A stretch of DNA of 64,000 nt, taken from assembly GCA_023920165.1 (NCBI GenBank), contig CP089277.1, positions 2,542,001-2,606,000 on the forward strand, in the 5' to 3' direction. A program made the translations under genes and the position numbers. The notes under the pieces were generated by a model. It ran no database searches. It had not been told where the DNA came from and was given only the letters and a program-made list of their open reading frames with translations. Numbering within the stretch: the stretch's first letter is position 1; each line of letters opens with the position of its first letter. The DNA comes from Curvularia clavata. Lineage: Eukaryota. Positions 48,720 to 60,842 of the stretch are shown one piece after another.

Positions 48720-49975
48720 CTTGCCACAGTCCCACGATCTGCAACCCAATCAAATTGGATACAATTCTAAATGAAAGACAACAAAATTCTTGGTAGCCCA
48801 GTCATCTCTGTGCGATGGCCTTTTGTATGCCAAAAATCCTAGAGTCGTCGTCACCACTTGCGTCTTAAATTGTTGCCTGATCTCTTGGCAAAGGAGATAT
48901 CCAAAGTTGTGTACGAAATAAGGCCGTGAAGTCCCTGTTCTCCAATCTATCTTGCATATGAAGTGTCTCTAAAGCGGTAATAGAGCTACCAACTAGGACT
49001 AGTTGGCAAAATCGTTCATGGACGGAATGGTAGGCAGCATGTTAAAAGCATATAGTAAGACCACGTCAAGATAGCTAGTGTAAAATTTCATCTTGTTGGC
49101 ATTACGTGGCAGCTTTTTTAAATTCAAAAGTCTCTTGTCAAGGACTTATACTCAGCTAGGTGAGAGATTGGATAGTGGATGACGTTTCACGTGACCTAGG
49201 CTAATAGCTGGGCGTTGGCATAGGTGTGCGGCATTCTTTTGCCCATATCCCCCACTGCTTCTATCGTAAATAAGTTTTGACTTCGCATGGGTTTAAATGT
49301 ATCTGTGTATAACACAAGACATCTTGATAGGGATCATCGAGCGCTGGAGCACAAGGTTGCACGCCGCCTTTGGGCGATCGAGCACTGACTAAAGATTAAA
49401 GAACAGCACATTCATCATACGCGAGGAACACGGAACGAAACACGATTGTTGGGTAGTAGGATATAATTTTGGGTGCTTACTCCTAGAAGGTTTGGGTTTA
49501 AATACAGCGGCATGTACAACGCCAATTTTCCGAAACGGAATGTCAGCAAAACTTTTGGTGATGCTGGGTGCAACACTTTGCATCTCACTTTTCCTTCTTA
49601 TTTCACTCCCAAATCGAATAACTTTTGTATGAAGATCTAGGTTCTCACCACCTGGGGCCAATCGTCTTCGCATTTTCCGGCGTATTGGCAAGGATGCGCC
49701 CGAAAAACGGCCGTGGTATTGGCTTCCCAAGGTTCATACCAGGACCCGTTCGTGAACAGTCATGAAGAGCTGCACAGCAGTCTTGAAATTGATGTAGCCG
49801 TTTGTTCTCGTAAATAGTGTTTCGCCAAATTCACCAGCCTTTGTAGATGGCGGTGCTCACTCAGGTTTTTTCCAGAGCAGTGGCCGGTGCGGTATAGCCT
49901 TGTAGTCGTAGTGGATATTGATTCCCTGCTTTTCTGAATATGTACGTATAAAAAAGTCGTAAAACGTTAGATTGC

Positions 49976-51772
49976 TCAAGTCGAAGAACTCTGTTCAGCC
50001 GCTGGGCTGCCGCCCTCTTCAAGCCCAGTCAATGATGGATCCTGACGCAACTTCGTTCGTTTGATGCCAAAAGATATCAAAAGCCCCAGCGCGCCGACAA
50101 CCGTGTACAGGATCCACACCCGCCTCATTGCGCTCATGAAGCTTTGGTGGACGACTTCTTGTTGAAATTCAGTAAGGTCGCTGATCTGGACACCTTGAGA
50201 GATTGCCTCGCCTCCAACTAACAGCTTTGCAAAATCCCTAGGAATGCCGCTACTGACAAGTCTATCGGAATAAGATACCGTCAAGTACTGAAAGATGACC
50301 TGGCTCAGGACGAGGCCGATAGCGCCGGAAATCATCCGGACGAAACCGAAAGCCGCTGTGCCAGTGGCCATGTCACACGTCTGTATACGTGCTTGCAAGG
50401 CAATAAGCGGGGCTCCAAAGTTAGGGCCAAATCCAATTCCAATGACGACCAAAACGCCGATGATCTTTCCGAGATCGAAGGATGCGTTGAATGATATGAG
50501 AAGACCGACACCGAGTGTCATCAGGAATAATCCAGCCTGGAGCACCTCGAGAAAGCGACCCGTCTTTGCCATGAAATGGCCTGATACTAGAGACACTATT
50601 GCCAATGGGATTGCAATGGCGAGCATAAGTACTCCAGTGGCGGCCGGACTCCTTCCAAGGACAATTTGGAAATACAATGGCAGGAAATACGCGACTGAGT
50701 TGAACACCAACGCATCGCAAGCGCACACCCCCAGTGCACTCAGGTTGCTCATATCTCTGAAAATTCGCAGGGGCATGATGGGGCTGCCACCACGCTTGTC
50801 TTCCCACCATTGGGAAAAAGGGAAGGCGATGAAGATGACTGATCCAACAACAATCAACACAATGACCAACGGGCTGCCATACGAGCCACCACTCCCAATC
50901 TGGAGGCCGACCAGCAGTAGGACAGCTGCAGAGATTATAGTAGCAATGCCAACCCAATCGACAGAAGCAAGTCCTTTGAGAAGTGGCGTCCTTGGATCGT
51001 GCAGCTCGAGCGTGAAATAGAGCACAATGATGGAAAGTGTAACGATGGGTATGTTGATGTAAAAACACCACTTCCAGGTCAACTCCTGGGCAAAGATACC
51101 ACCGAGCACAGGTCCTAAAGCAGAAGCGACCGCCCACGCTGCGCCCACCATGCCCATGTAGAACGAGCGGTGCCGAATGGAGAACAGGTCACTGACACAC
51201 ACGTGCACCAGCACCACTACGCCGCCGCCACCGAGGCCTTGGATGGCTCGCCCGGCAACTAGCATGGGCGCATTGATACTCACTGCGCAAATGATGCTTC
51301 CGCCTAGAAAGACTGCATTCGCGGTCAGTATAATCGACTTTCGCCCAAAAACATCGGATAGCTTTCCCCAGAAGGGTATTGACGCGGCATTGGTGAGGAG
51401 ATAGGCAGATCCAGTCCAGGCATATAATGAATCCGGTATCCGGAAAGATTGTGAGATGGTCGGTAGGGCGGTGGGAATGAGAACTGTATCAAGGGCTACC
51501 AGAGATATTGAAAGGGTGAGAGCGATGAAGGCGACGATAACTCGGATTGGCGGTCGACCGTGGCGGCTTGGAGTGGCTTTGTATCCTACTGATGATCGGG
51601 GAGTTGTCGTTGCCTGCTCTTCATCTTTTTTCTCATTAATCTCATGCGGCTCTACGGCCGTTGTAGTCGTCGAGCTCGAGATGTGCTTTGCTGCATGGCT
51701 TGCATGCTCAGTCTGAGATGTGATTTCCAAAGGGTCTGTTGGATCCGAATTCACATTCGGTGTCTTAAGCAT
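49976..51772 (-). CDS. MFS drug:H+ antiporter, DHA2 (14-TM) efflux pump, 598 aa
   Basis: Motifs are LVALDTVLIPTALPTI, WTGSAYLL, GKLSDVFGRK, GRAIQGLGGGG, WKWCFYINIP and YFLPLYFQ. Confidence 0.93.
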   Translation of the reverse strand: MLKTPNVNSDPTDPLEITSQTEHASHAAKHISSSTTTTAVEPHEINEKKDEEQATTTPRSSVGYKATPSRHGRPPIRVIVAFIALTLSISLVALDTVLIPTALPTISQSFRIPDSLYAWTGSAYLLTNAASIPFWGKLSDVFGRKSIILTANAVFLGGSIICAVSINAPMLVAGRAIQGLGGGGVVVLVHVCVSDLFSIRHRSFYMGMVGAAWAVASALGPVLGGIFAQELTWKWCFYINIPIVTLSIIVLYFTLELHDPRTPLLKGLASVDWVGIATIISAAVLLLVGLQIGSGGSYGSPLVIVLIVVGSVIFIAFPFSQWWEDKRGGSPIMPLRIFRDMSNLSALGVCACDALVFNSVAYFLPLYFQIVLGRSPAATGVLMLAIAIPLAIVSLVSGHFMAKTGRFLEVLQAGLFLMTLGVGLLISFNASFDLGKIIGVLVVIGIGFGPNFGAPLIALQARIQTCDMATGTAAFGFVRMISGAIGLVLSQVIFQYLTVSYSDRLVSSGIPRDFAKLLVGGEAISQGVQISDLTEFQQEVVHQSFMSAMRRVWILYTVVGALGLLISFGIKRTKLRQDPSLTGLEEGGSPAAEQSSST

Positions 51773-52717
51773 GATGGCGAGTGCTCAAACCCAGGGCGTG
51801 AGACTCCCCTCCTTCATTACGCATCCGCCGCATGTGGGTAGCTTGCGTACTTGTAGTCTCTCACGGACCGTCCTGACAGCTAGGTCGGTTCCGTTCGAAC
51901 GCCACTTCATGCCTGGATTGAGACCAATTATCAACGAGAGCTACCGGGAACTTGGACCCCGCGTTTTTACATACCATGGACTTACATACGTCTTCAGCAA
52001 AACTGCTTGCTGCAGGGTGGCTTAGCGTGTCCTACGACCAACGAGAGCATAGCGCTGAAGACGATCGGTGGTTTTTGGCATGAACGTGCTTGCACAAGCA
52101 CGCATTAATGGTGCACACACATGCGGAAATTCCCAGGCGGTGGTTTTAGGCCATCTTGGCCCTCTCACAGTTCATGCAGCAACCGTAGCACAAGGGCGTG
52201 TTCCTAAGAATCTGTACCCTGGCGCGATGGATGCTTCTTGCTGCGGTCCTAGTTGCCTCGCGTGGCGTGTTGTCTGACTTGTCTTTTTTCTTAGTGGCTT
52301 GAACAACCTCCGACTACTCGCTGCGTATAGCCAAATGCACCTATTCGCATACTTGTTTGGGTACGATACACAATCGGCATGTGGTATCATAGCTTCAAAC
52401 GCCTAGATATGTATTTCAGTGAATCTGTGGGTTTGGAACACCCGAACGGACAATGGCTGATTGAACGTGGAAGGTGCTGCATGGTCTGTCTCAAATCCAC
52501 ATTTTATTGCACGATGTAACGGCGGTTATGCATGCTTTTACAAGGTATCCTAGGCTATTCCGAACGCGATTTTGACAGTAATAGACTACTGCCGCCAAGC
52601 AATCTTACATTGCCTTAATAACATAGGGAATTGTTGATAGGGTAGGAAGTGGCCTAACGTACGCAAAACGATCTTTACTAAATCAGAGCGGCTAAACGTT
52701 TTTTTGCCGCTTTTCAG

Positions 52718-53039
52718 AGTCTGTCGCCACGTGGATGGATTTGGAAGGCTCAAGAACGTAGCATCCTCGATGGAGGAACATATTGTGTTTTAGCGCTCAT
52801 TCACGAACGGACATTTCTCGTTGTATGTATCGAGTGAACAAGGCTTCGCCAATACGTGGGTAGTAGGTAATTTTCGTAAACAGCGGCCTTACGTTCCCGG
52901 GTACTCCGAGAGGATTCTCGTGCATAAAATTGCTGTGGAACGTGCTACCGCAGCTTGTGATGCTCGGTTAGCGATGCTTATCGCAGAAGCAAAAGAATCA
53001 AGCGAGGATTCCCAACCCGTTAATTCTGATGGATATTGA
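52718..53039 (+). pseudogene. Possible degraded gene fragment with an in-frame TAG
   Basis: A protein-like frame follows a TTTTCAG acceptor and is interrupted by TAG at 52791. No homolog recognised. Confidence 0.2.
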
Positions 53040-54915
53040 TTGAATAAAATCCCAACTATACATGGACGCGCCATGTTGCACTATCTTACCGGATGGTAAG
53101 ACAAATGATGAAGCACATGGCAGCTGAGGCGGGGTATGGCGAGAGGTAGACCAACGCTTTTCCTGATCTTCACACAGCCTCATGGGCGCCCAGACTTCGG
53201 GAAGAAAGGCAGCCAGTAATTTTGGGGCGTAGAGTGGGTACACGGTGATCGTGCAGCTATCCCATGGGTCCAGATCTGCAGTTTGGCAAGAAGAACAGCA
53301 AAAGCAATATCATCCCGTGGTATCCAAAAGTAATGGACCGTTGTATTACCAAGACGGAGCAAGCGAGGGCTAACACTTGAGCCTCATAGCGTAGGAAGCT
53401 TTGATTGTACGGATCCACATGTAGTCGCCCACAAATTAGGGTTTTGATGATGCCTTTCCTCAACCAGTACTTCGATTTAACGTAGTGAATGTAGATCAGC
53501 CATTCAGTCGATCTTAGCCATGTATTCGGTGGCGAAGTAGCTTTAACCCGGTATGCGATGCTGCTGAAGTTCAGTTGGTACTGGAGGCGAACTGAACTGC
53601 ATGTTCCACGGTTGGCGAACCGGAGGCATGGCACCGGTCACTAAGGAGTCAAACCTAAAGTTGATCCCCCAGGTCCCGTCATGGCGCCTTATAGCCGCTG
53701 GGACCCGCTTCCGTTCTTAGTAGGTGTACGTGGTTGGGGTCCAAGGGCATATGGTACTGTCAGTCGCCGCTTATGGTTGCAGACCAGGTTGTATGGGAGT
53801 CGCATTCTGCCAGACTAGTTGGGTAGCAGGACCGAAGCAAAAAGGTATCCAAGCCAATCAGTAGTTCTATTGTTGTGAAGCTGCAGCTATTGGGTGGGCT
53901 ATTGGCAGTCCAACAGATGCAGGTCACGTGCAGTAACTGTAGACAAGACTGTTGGTGACGTTCATTAGTTGCTTCCTGTCAGCGCCAAAAATCAACTTGT
54001 ATATTACCTATTGGCTAGGCAATATGCAACTCACACAGCCAGCATACCAGAGGACCCATCTTCCAATAGGACCAAGCGGCAGAGTACGGGCAGACGCATG
54101 CAGACAGTGCTGACGAGGCTGGTGGATGAAGATCTCTGGGTGGTGCCACTATGGAGCCAGAGGCGTCGGGGAATCTGCGGCCCGATCCCGTCACAGTGCA
54201 CAATAACAGGCATTATGCATCTACTTGAGGGGAAGCAATTGGAAAAAGAAATTCGCGTCACCGGAACTGTTTGGCTCTATTCAAAAGTCTGTTCAAGAGC
54301 TGGCTTGGCATTGGGCTGTGACTGCTGACATTCGCTTCGAAGCTGTAATATCGCCATTGGCTAGCTTCGCTCTTCCATTGAACGACTTTTCTACATTTTA
54401 GGAAATTTTTCGAAGAGGATGACGAACTCCCCTGCTTACAACACGTCACTGCTGATTACCATATCGTGGTAGCTGCGAAGACGGGGACTGTATAGGGCCG
54501 CCAAACCGCATTCGCTCTAGTCAGCACGTGGTGATTACTATTCACGCCCGTCATTACACTGAGCTCCTCAGCCACGATTACTATCTGCAACTGCCGCGGA
54601 CGAGACTTGTTGTTAAAGGGTTTAAACTTTAGCTGAGTAATTGGCTATAATACATGCAGAGGGGCATGGGAATGCAGCGGCCGATACAGAAAGCCGTCAT
54701 GGCTAGCTTATGTGGTATAGTGTCTTGTAAGAGGCGACTCTACAAGGCCCGACTAGGTTGAAGACTTCTTGAAAAATAGTTTGAAAAGAAGCATAAAAAG
54801 CCACGGGGTATCAAGAGGGTGTCAATTCACTACCAGCATTATCTATTCCCATCATTGACAACGCTTGATCAATACAAAAAAGTCTCACCAACGTATTCAG
54901 AACCCAACTCCCAAA

Positions 54916-55872
54916 ATGTCATCACCTATCAAGAAGGTCATCATCCTTGGAGCATCAGGTTCAGTTGGAAAACCCATTCTGGCTGCCCTCCTCGCAGAGC
55001 CCTCCTTCACAGTCACCATCGTCGGGCGCGCCAGCTCGTCCGCAAAGTTCCCCACCGGCGTCCCTGTCAAGACTGTCTCAGACGACTTCACAGTTGAAGA
55101 GCTCACCACCATCTTCCGCGGCCAAGATGCCGTCGTCGTTGCCCTCTCCACCTTACCCGTCACCGCCGGCGGAAAAGACGGCCTCGCCTTCCGACTTATT
55201 GATGCTGCCCTTGCCGCAGGCGTTAAACGCTTCATCCCTAGCGAATTCGGTGCCAACAACCTGGACCCACGTGCCCGCGCTCTAGTCCCCACGTACGACA
55301 TCAAAGGCAACATGCTCGAGTACCTGCAGCAAACCTGCGCCTCTAGCAACGGCAAAATGACCTGGAGCAGCATCTGCTGCGGCAGCTGGCTCGACTGGGC
55401 ACTTGATGCTTCTCGCTCCAACAACTTCCTGGGCGTCGATGTCAAGAACCGCACCGCTACTATATACGACTCTGGAAACAAGCCCTTTGCTGTTACTACA
55501 AGCTCCAACACTGGTCTCGCTGTTGCCAGGGTCCTGGGCCATGCTGATATGACCGCGAACAAGCAAATTTTCCTTGCGGACTTCCAGGTTAGCATGCGCG
55601 AGATTGTAGCGGAGTTGGAGAAGCAGATGTCGACGAAGTTCTCGATTACGGAGAAGGATAGTGCATCTGCGATCAAGGAGCTGAAGAAGAGGCACGAGGA
55701 GGGTGATGCCATGGCGACCTTTGGGCTGTTGGCCATAAGCTTCGGCGCGGATGTCGATGTTGGGTATGACTTTTTAGCCGAGCAGCAGGTTTGGAATGAG
55801 AAGTTGGGACTGCCAAAGGTGCAACTCCCAGAGGTGATTAAGGAGGTAATTGAGGCGGCGGAGAGGTCGTAG
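54916..55872 (+). CDS. NmrA-like / isoflavone-reductase-like NAD(P)-binding protein, 318 aa
   Basis: Rossmann motif VIILGASGSVG, plus GQDAVV and AAGVKRFIPSEFG. ATG context is CAAAATG. Confidence 0.92.
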   Translation: MSSPIKKVIILGASGSVGKPILAALLAEPSFTVTIVGRASSSAKFPTGVPVKTVSDDFTVEELTTIFRGQDAVVVALSTLPVTAGGKDGLAFRLIDAALAAGVKRFIPSEFGANNLDPRARALVPTYDIKGNMLEYLQQTCASSNGKMTWSSICCGSWLDWALDASRSNNFLGVDVKNRTATIYDSGNKPFAVTTSSNTGLAVARVLGHADMTANKQIFLADFQVSMREIVAELEKQMSTKFSITEKDSASAIKELKKRHEEGDAMATFGLLAISFGADVDVGYDFLAEQQVWNEKLGLPKVQLPEVIKEVIEAAERS

Positions 55873-56548
55873 GGAATGGGCCGGGTATCAGGATGTGACG
55901 GAGTTGAGGATAGACGTGTTTAATATTATTCTTTAATAGGTTCTTGTCAACATAAGAAAAAAATCGGGATGAAAATTCATAGACATACCCTGTCCCTTGG
56001 TATTCTTCTTGCTAGTTTGCGCTGAAAACACATTCCTCTTTCGCCAGATTCTCTTACTCGAGCCAAAAATCTCTGTCCCAGCCATGTCCAATCGCACACG
56101 TGAAGCCATCTTGACAAACAAAATCTTATATATATTGAGAAGAAGCACAAAAGGGGATATTTCACGCAGAAGATGCAATATCATGGAACAACTATCCCAT
56201 CTCAAAAACGCTTACTATTCGAGCGAAAGAGTACAAAATGGGTAAAATGATGCTACACTTGCAAGTACAAGAATCATCGCTACTTTAACGACACAAAAAA
56301 ACGCCGCTACGAGAAAGCCCTTATCAGTACAACATTTTGATCTTTTCGAAAACATGAAGAAAAGGCGCGGAAGGAAAAAAAAAGGGGGACATAAGTAATA
56401 CAACGCCTCTTTGCTTGGGCGAAAGAAAAAAAAACCTCCCTTCTCGCACCGTCTCGTACACAAGAGAAGAAAGAGAGTCGATAGAAGACGCACCGCATCA
56501 CTACCACTCAGACTCATTTCCCCCTACCCCCTCCAAACAACGAACAAA

Positions 56549-57908
56549 TCAAGAAGCCTTCAACGCCATCGGACTCTTCGGCGGCGTCTGCACACTCACC
56601 GAATCCGCCCTTTTCCTCGGCGTCCCTGCTGTCGATCCAGCAGCAGTCCCTGGCGCACAATCATACTCATACCACACGCCCTTGATCCTCCTATTCAACT
56701 TCCTCGGCGGCGGACTAATCCTACTCGCCAGGGCACTTGCACTTGCCTCTCTCACCAACGTCGACGAAGACGTAGCCAGCGAATGCGTACTCGCGGTATC
56801 CGACACCGCTGTATTGTGTGTGAAGGACTCTAGACTCTGAATCATAGACTGACATGTCTGCGATAAATCCGCCTGGGCTTTCGCTAGAGAAGCGAGTTGC
56901 GCAACCGTCTTGTCTAGAATATCTTTTGTTTGTTCCTGGGCTTTGAGTGTGCGTTCTTGGGCCTGGCGGGTGGATTCTTGAGATTGGAACGATGTGTTGG
57001 AGAGGGCGATGTAGTGGGAGGCGTTTTGGTCGACGAGGGCTTGGAGCTTGATTTGAGACTCGGAAATGGCTTTGATTTGGATGCTGTTGGATTCGTTGAT
57101 TTCTTGCATGGCTTGTAGGCCGGTGGATTGTGCGACAGAGAGGGCGTGGACTTGTTCGGCGTTGCTTTCGACGACGCTGGATAGGCGTGCTAGGCTTTCT
57201 GCAAGGCTGTCGAGAGCGGGTGTGCTGATCTTTTCGGATGCTGGAGGGGGTGGCGACATGGCGGGGGCGCCGTTGGCGTACTGTAGTGGCAGGACGATGG
57301 GAGGACAGGTTGGGCTGTCTTGTGATGAGTAGAACCATTTGTTACGGAGGCTAAAGAACTTGGGGTCGTCTTGTATAAGCTCCATGTCTTCGCTTCGCAC
57401 TATGAAGAATTGTGGGCTTGGACGCGCAGACATGGGGTACTCTTGCTGGACGAGATTCCACCATTGCGAGCATATGGCAGCCGATGCGAATGTGAGGACA
57501 TACGGCGGGGAAGAGGGATAGTCGCTCTACGGCATGTCAGTCCTGCGTCGCTGTGTAGGTTTCGCACTCGTCAAAGACGTGGTGGCCAGCACTTACTCGT
57601 TGCGCATATGCGTAAAAGAGAGTCGCGTCTTCGTCCACCTCTACTCTCCTCTCCTCAGCAGGCCGACTCTGGCTTCGCTTGCGCGGCGAAATCGGACCCG
57701 TCGCTAAAGGAGTGTCGGTATTCATCATCAGTCCAGCAGCAAGCGAGATGCTGGGTTTCATGCGCGAATGATGCGCTTTTCGCTCTGGCGACGTCTGTCT
57801 GCGACTGTGAATGCGCTTTTCGAAATGCGAAGTGGTCGATTGTTCAAACAACGGAAGAGACGAGTCCATGAGTGTAGCAAAGTCGGGCATGCTCTGTGGT
57901 CGTGACAT
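56549..57908 (-). CDS. Hypothetical protein with a PH-like segment and a long coiled coil; exons 57908-57597, 57526-56549 (an upstream in-frame ATG at 58031 is possible)
   Basis: A GTAAGT donor at 57596 and a CTGAC..TAG acceptor at 57527 join two ORF-track segments in frame: FYAYAQR|SDYPSSPPYVLTFASAAICSQWWNLVQQEYPMSARP. A heptad-like Q/S/L/A-rich region follows. Confidence 0.75.
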
Positions 57909-59299
57909 GTCTGCGACTAAGAGTTTGGTTGCCGGGTCAGAATCGGGCGAGTGTTCGGGTGCAGGTTCGGGAACGTAGTGGCAGCAAAAGGTGTCGTCGA
58001 AATTATTAGCCAGATGGCATCTGTACGACATAAAGATTCACAGGCTGATGACGGTAGCAGTTACTAAAGATAACAATTAGCAGGCCCTTGACAAGGGTGG
58101 TGTGAACGGTGGTCGTGTATGAGAAGTGTGGGAACTGGTCTTCACCCTTGTCGATGACCTCACGGTAGCAGGGGGATGGTTGCGATATGCCCGCACCATG
58201 GTAGGTTTTGGACTAGCTGGGGGCGAGACGACACCCGAGCAGCCCTGTCATTGAACAATGGCTCCCAGGAAAAGAATATCATCTTGCAGTCTTTGTCGAC
58301 GCCAATGGACGCGGACGCAACTGGTCTCCTCCCGACGGCCACCGTCTCATGGGAGAATGCAGGGGTAGTGATCGGAAACGAGATGTCAGGGGCACACCAA
58401 CGGTTCAGCTGTGGTGGTTGCAGCATTCAAGTCCTTTTGTCTGAGAGCGCAACGCGTCGATGGAGATAGCCAGGGCACAGGATCCAACTTTAGGCATGGG
58501 GTGGAGCGGAAAGCGGGGAATGACGAGAGAGTGCACGTACCTGGGCATCTGCACGGAGAGTTGTCGGCTATCACCACTGTGCTCTGCAGAGATAGGAAGT
58601 ATTCCGCCACGGACTTTTGCCCGTACTTATGATTTCCTTTAGTCAAGGCCGCGGCATTGATACGTGCGCGCAGTTTGCTTTTGCTGCAGCGCTGGAAACA
58701 GCCGTGTTGATTGGACAATACACTGTTGCGCCACCAAATGCGCCCTGTCGTCAGCAGTATCGGTTTCGAAAAGCAATGTATAAGTCCTCGGCATTATCAC
58801 CAGGTCACCATGTCCATGGACCCACACGCAGCACAGTCGTTGATGCAAATAAGAATATGACGAAAGTACGTCTGCGGAACTGGGGACGGTCACGATGATT
58901 GGTAGGCTGGTTCGCAATTATGTCTGGCAGCTTTGATTGTTCCTTGTGCTTCATACTCGTATTGATCCCAGATAGGTACCTCCACCGCAAGGTCGCAAGG
59001 CCTTCGCTTTCACTGGATGCGCCACCAAAGGTGCCCCACCAGATCGCCACCTTATACATGCTATCAAGAGAGTCGTGTGTGAATTTTCCCGCATTCTGTT
59101 CCTGTTCCCGTCAGCCATTTGAGTCAGCCAGTTGAACTCATCCTTCCGTCAGACAGAGTCAGACCATGCCCAAGAACACCTTCCATGTCCGCGCTTCAAT
59201 GCAAAATTACAGCTCCGAATGCACACTACTGCGTACAGCAAACGTGCAGGTAACTTTTTGCATGCCAGAAGACAGCATCACAAGAGAATGCAAGGAGCA

Positions 59300-60842
59300 C
59301 TAGTGGGCAGTGTCCTGCTCAACACCGACCTTGACATCAAAATGGTCCATGCCGCCGAAGCCTCGAAGACTGAGCCAGTCGGTGGGAATGACGGACTCAA
59401 ATTCTGTCATCCATGGCTCGGCCTTGTCCTTCTTGAAGATGAGGTGAATGTAGGGCCTGCTGGCTACGACGACTCTATATCCATTGTCGGTTGGCACAGC
59501 CACGGAGGACAAGATAAGATGAGGGTTCTGAACAGGAAACATCCAGGCAGGCATGATGAGGGACCGTGAACCTGGAGCGCGATGGATGCGGACCGACGCG
59601 AGAGCCCGGGTGCGCAAGATGGTACGCCAGTAGCGATTCATGTCAGAGCAACTCCGATCCCTGAGGACCTTGCGGCCGAAGAGGCGATAACTGTATTACA
59701 ATTAGCGGAAGCGTTTACTTCCAAGTGGGTAAGAGAACTTACAGGTCCTTGGCTTCTCCATCCGTCTCCGGGACATAACGTCCATTCATATAGCGACCGA
59801 AACCAGCTTCCATCCTGATGCTGTTTGCCCAGACATCCAGAAGAGGAAACACTTCGATGCCCTCAGGACCGCGCTCTTGTTTCTTCAGCATATGGCCGGC
59901 GGCAATCGTGAGGTTACCGATGAATGGCATGTCGGAAGTACGCTTTACCATGGCTGTGAGCTTGTTGATCTCTTCGGGAGCAGAAGGGTAGAAGGCACGG
60001 ATATAGTTGACAACGTCAGTTAGGTCGATACCAATCTCCTGGTGAGCCATGTAGATAGGGCGATACTCCTGTCTGATCTGGCGGCAAACTTGAGTCAAGC
60101 CCCAGAATGGACGGTTGGTGTCACGAGGAACGTTCTTGTCTTCTCCATTCTCAAGTTCGGGAGCTATGTTGACACTCGAGAGCTTTTGATCCTGTTCGTG
60201 TCCTGCAACATCTGAGGGAAGTGTGCGTCCTCTGTCGAGACGCGTACGTGGACGCAAAGAGGCAAGGCGTGGACGATGAACAAGAAGTGCCTGCCTATGC
60301 TCGGCATGTGTATGCTTGTATATCATGTTGCGGATCTCTGTAGACAGTCAGCTTTTGCTACATTTCCTCTGTGTGTACAATTCCGTACCTCCAGGTAGGT
60401 CCATGAAACGGAAGAAGCTCGCGCTTCCACCATTGCGAGCCCTAGCTGCATTAGGAGCGTCTGTCTCAACTTGAAGACTGGGACGTGTGGACTTCTTGGT
60501 AGAACGTTTCTGGACACCTGCGCCAGTGTGTGCTTTCAGCATGTCACTGGTTAAGAGCTTGGGGTCAGGAATCTTGAAACCGGGAGTTGCTGGAGAGGGA
60601 GGAACTTTCGTATGCTCTGGGCGAGCAATCTTGTTCAAGCCCTCGCCAGTGCTGCCTCCACGGTTAAGTGTTCCAGGGAACTCAATGACTGAACCACTAG
60701 AGCCCATGGCGGAGGTGTTGATAGGAGACGAAAGCCTTTTAGGGCGAATTGGTCTGACTGTGTTAGCAGAATTCCTCTTACGCCTAGTAGGGACCTTATA
60801 CCGCCAAAGGGCGCTGGATATAAGGTGGGGGACTCACGCCAT
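59300..60842 (-). CDS. Hypothetical protein with an internal F-box-like motif; exons 60842-60838, 60783-60389, 60337-59743, 59690-59300
   Basis: Spliced translation includes FFRFMDLPG|EIRNMIY, WGLTQVCRQIRQEYRPIY and AKDL|YRLFGR. All three GT-AG introns preserve the frame. The 5-nt first exon is less certain. Confidence 0.8.

Noticed and set aside
49637..49933. Minus-strand frame after a CTAAC..CAG acceptor-like site, with one internal TGA (..FTNGSWYEPWEANTTAVFRAHPCQYAGKCEDDWPQ)
   Set aside because: I identified no upstream exon or homolog, and it lies in the 3' region of the DHA2 gene. Too weak to call a pseudogene without a blastx hit.
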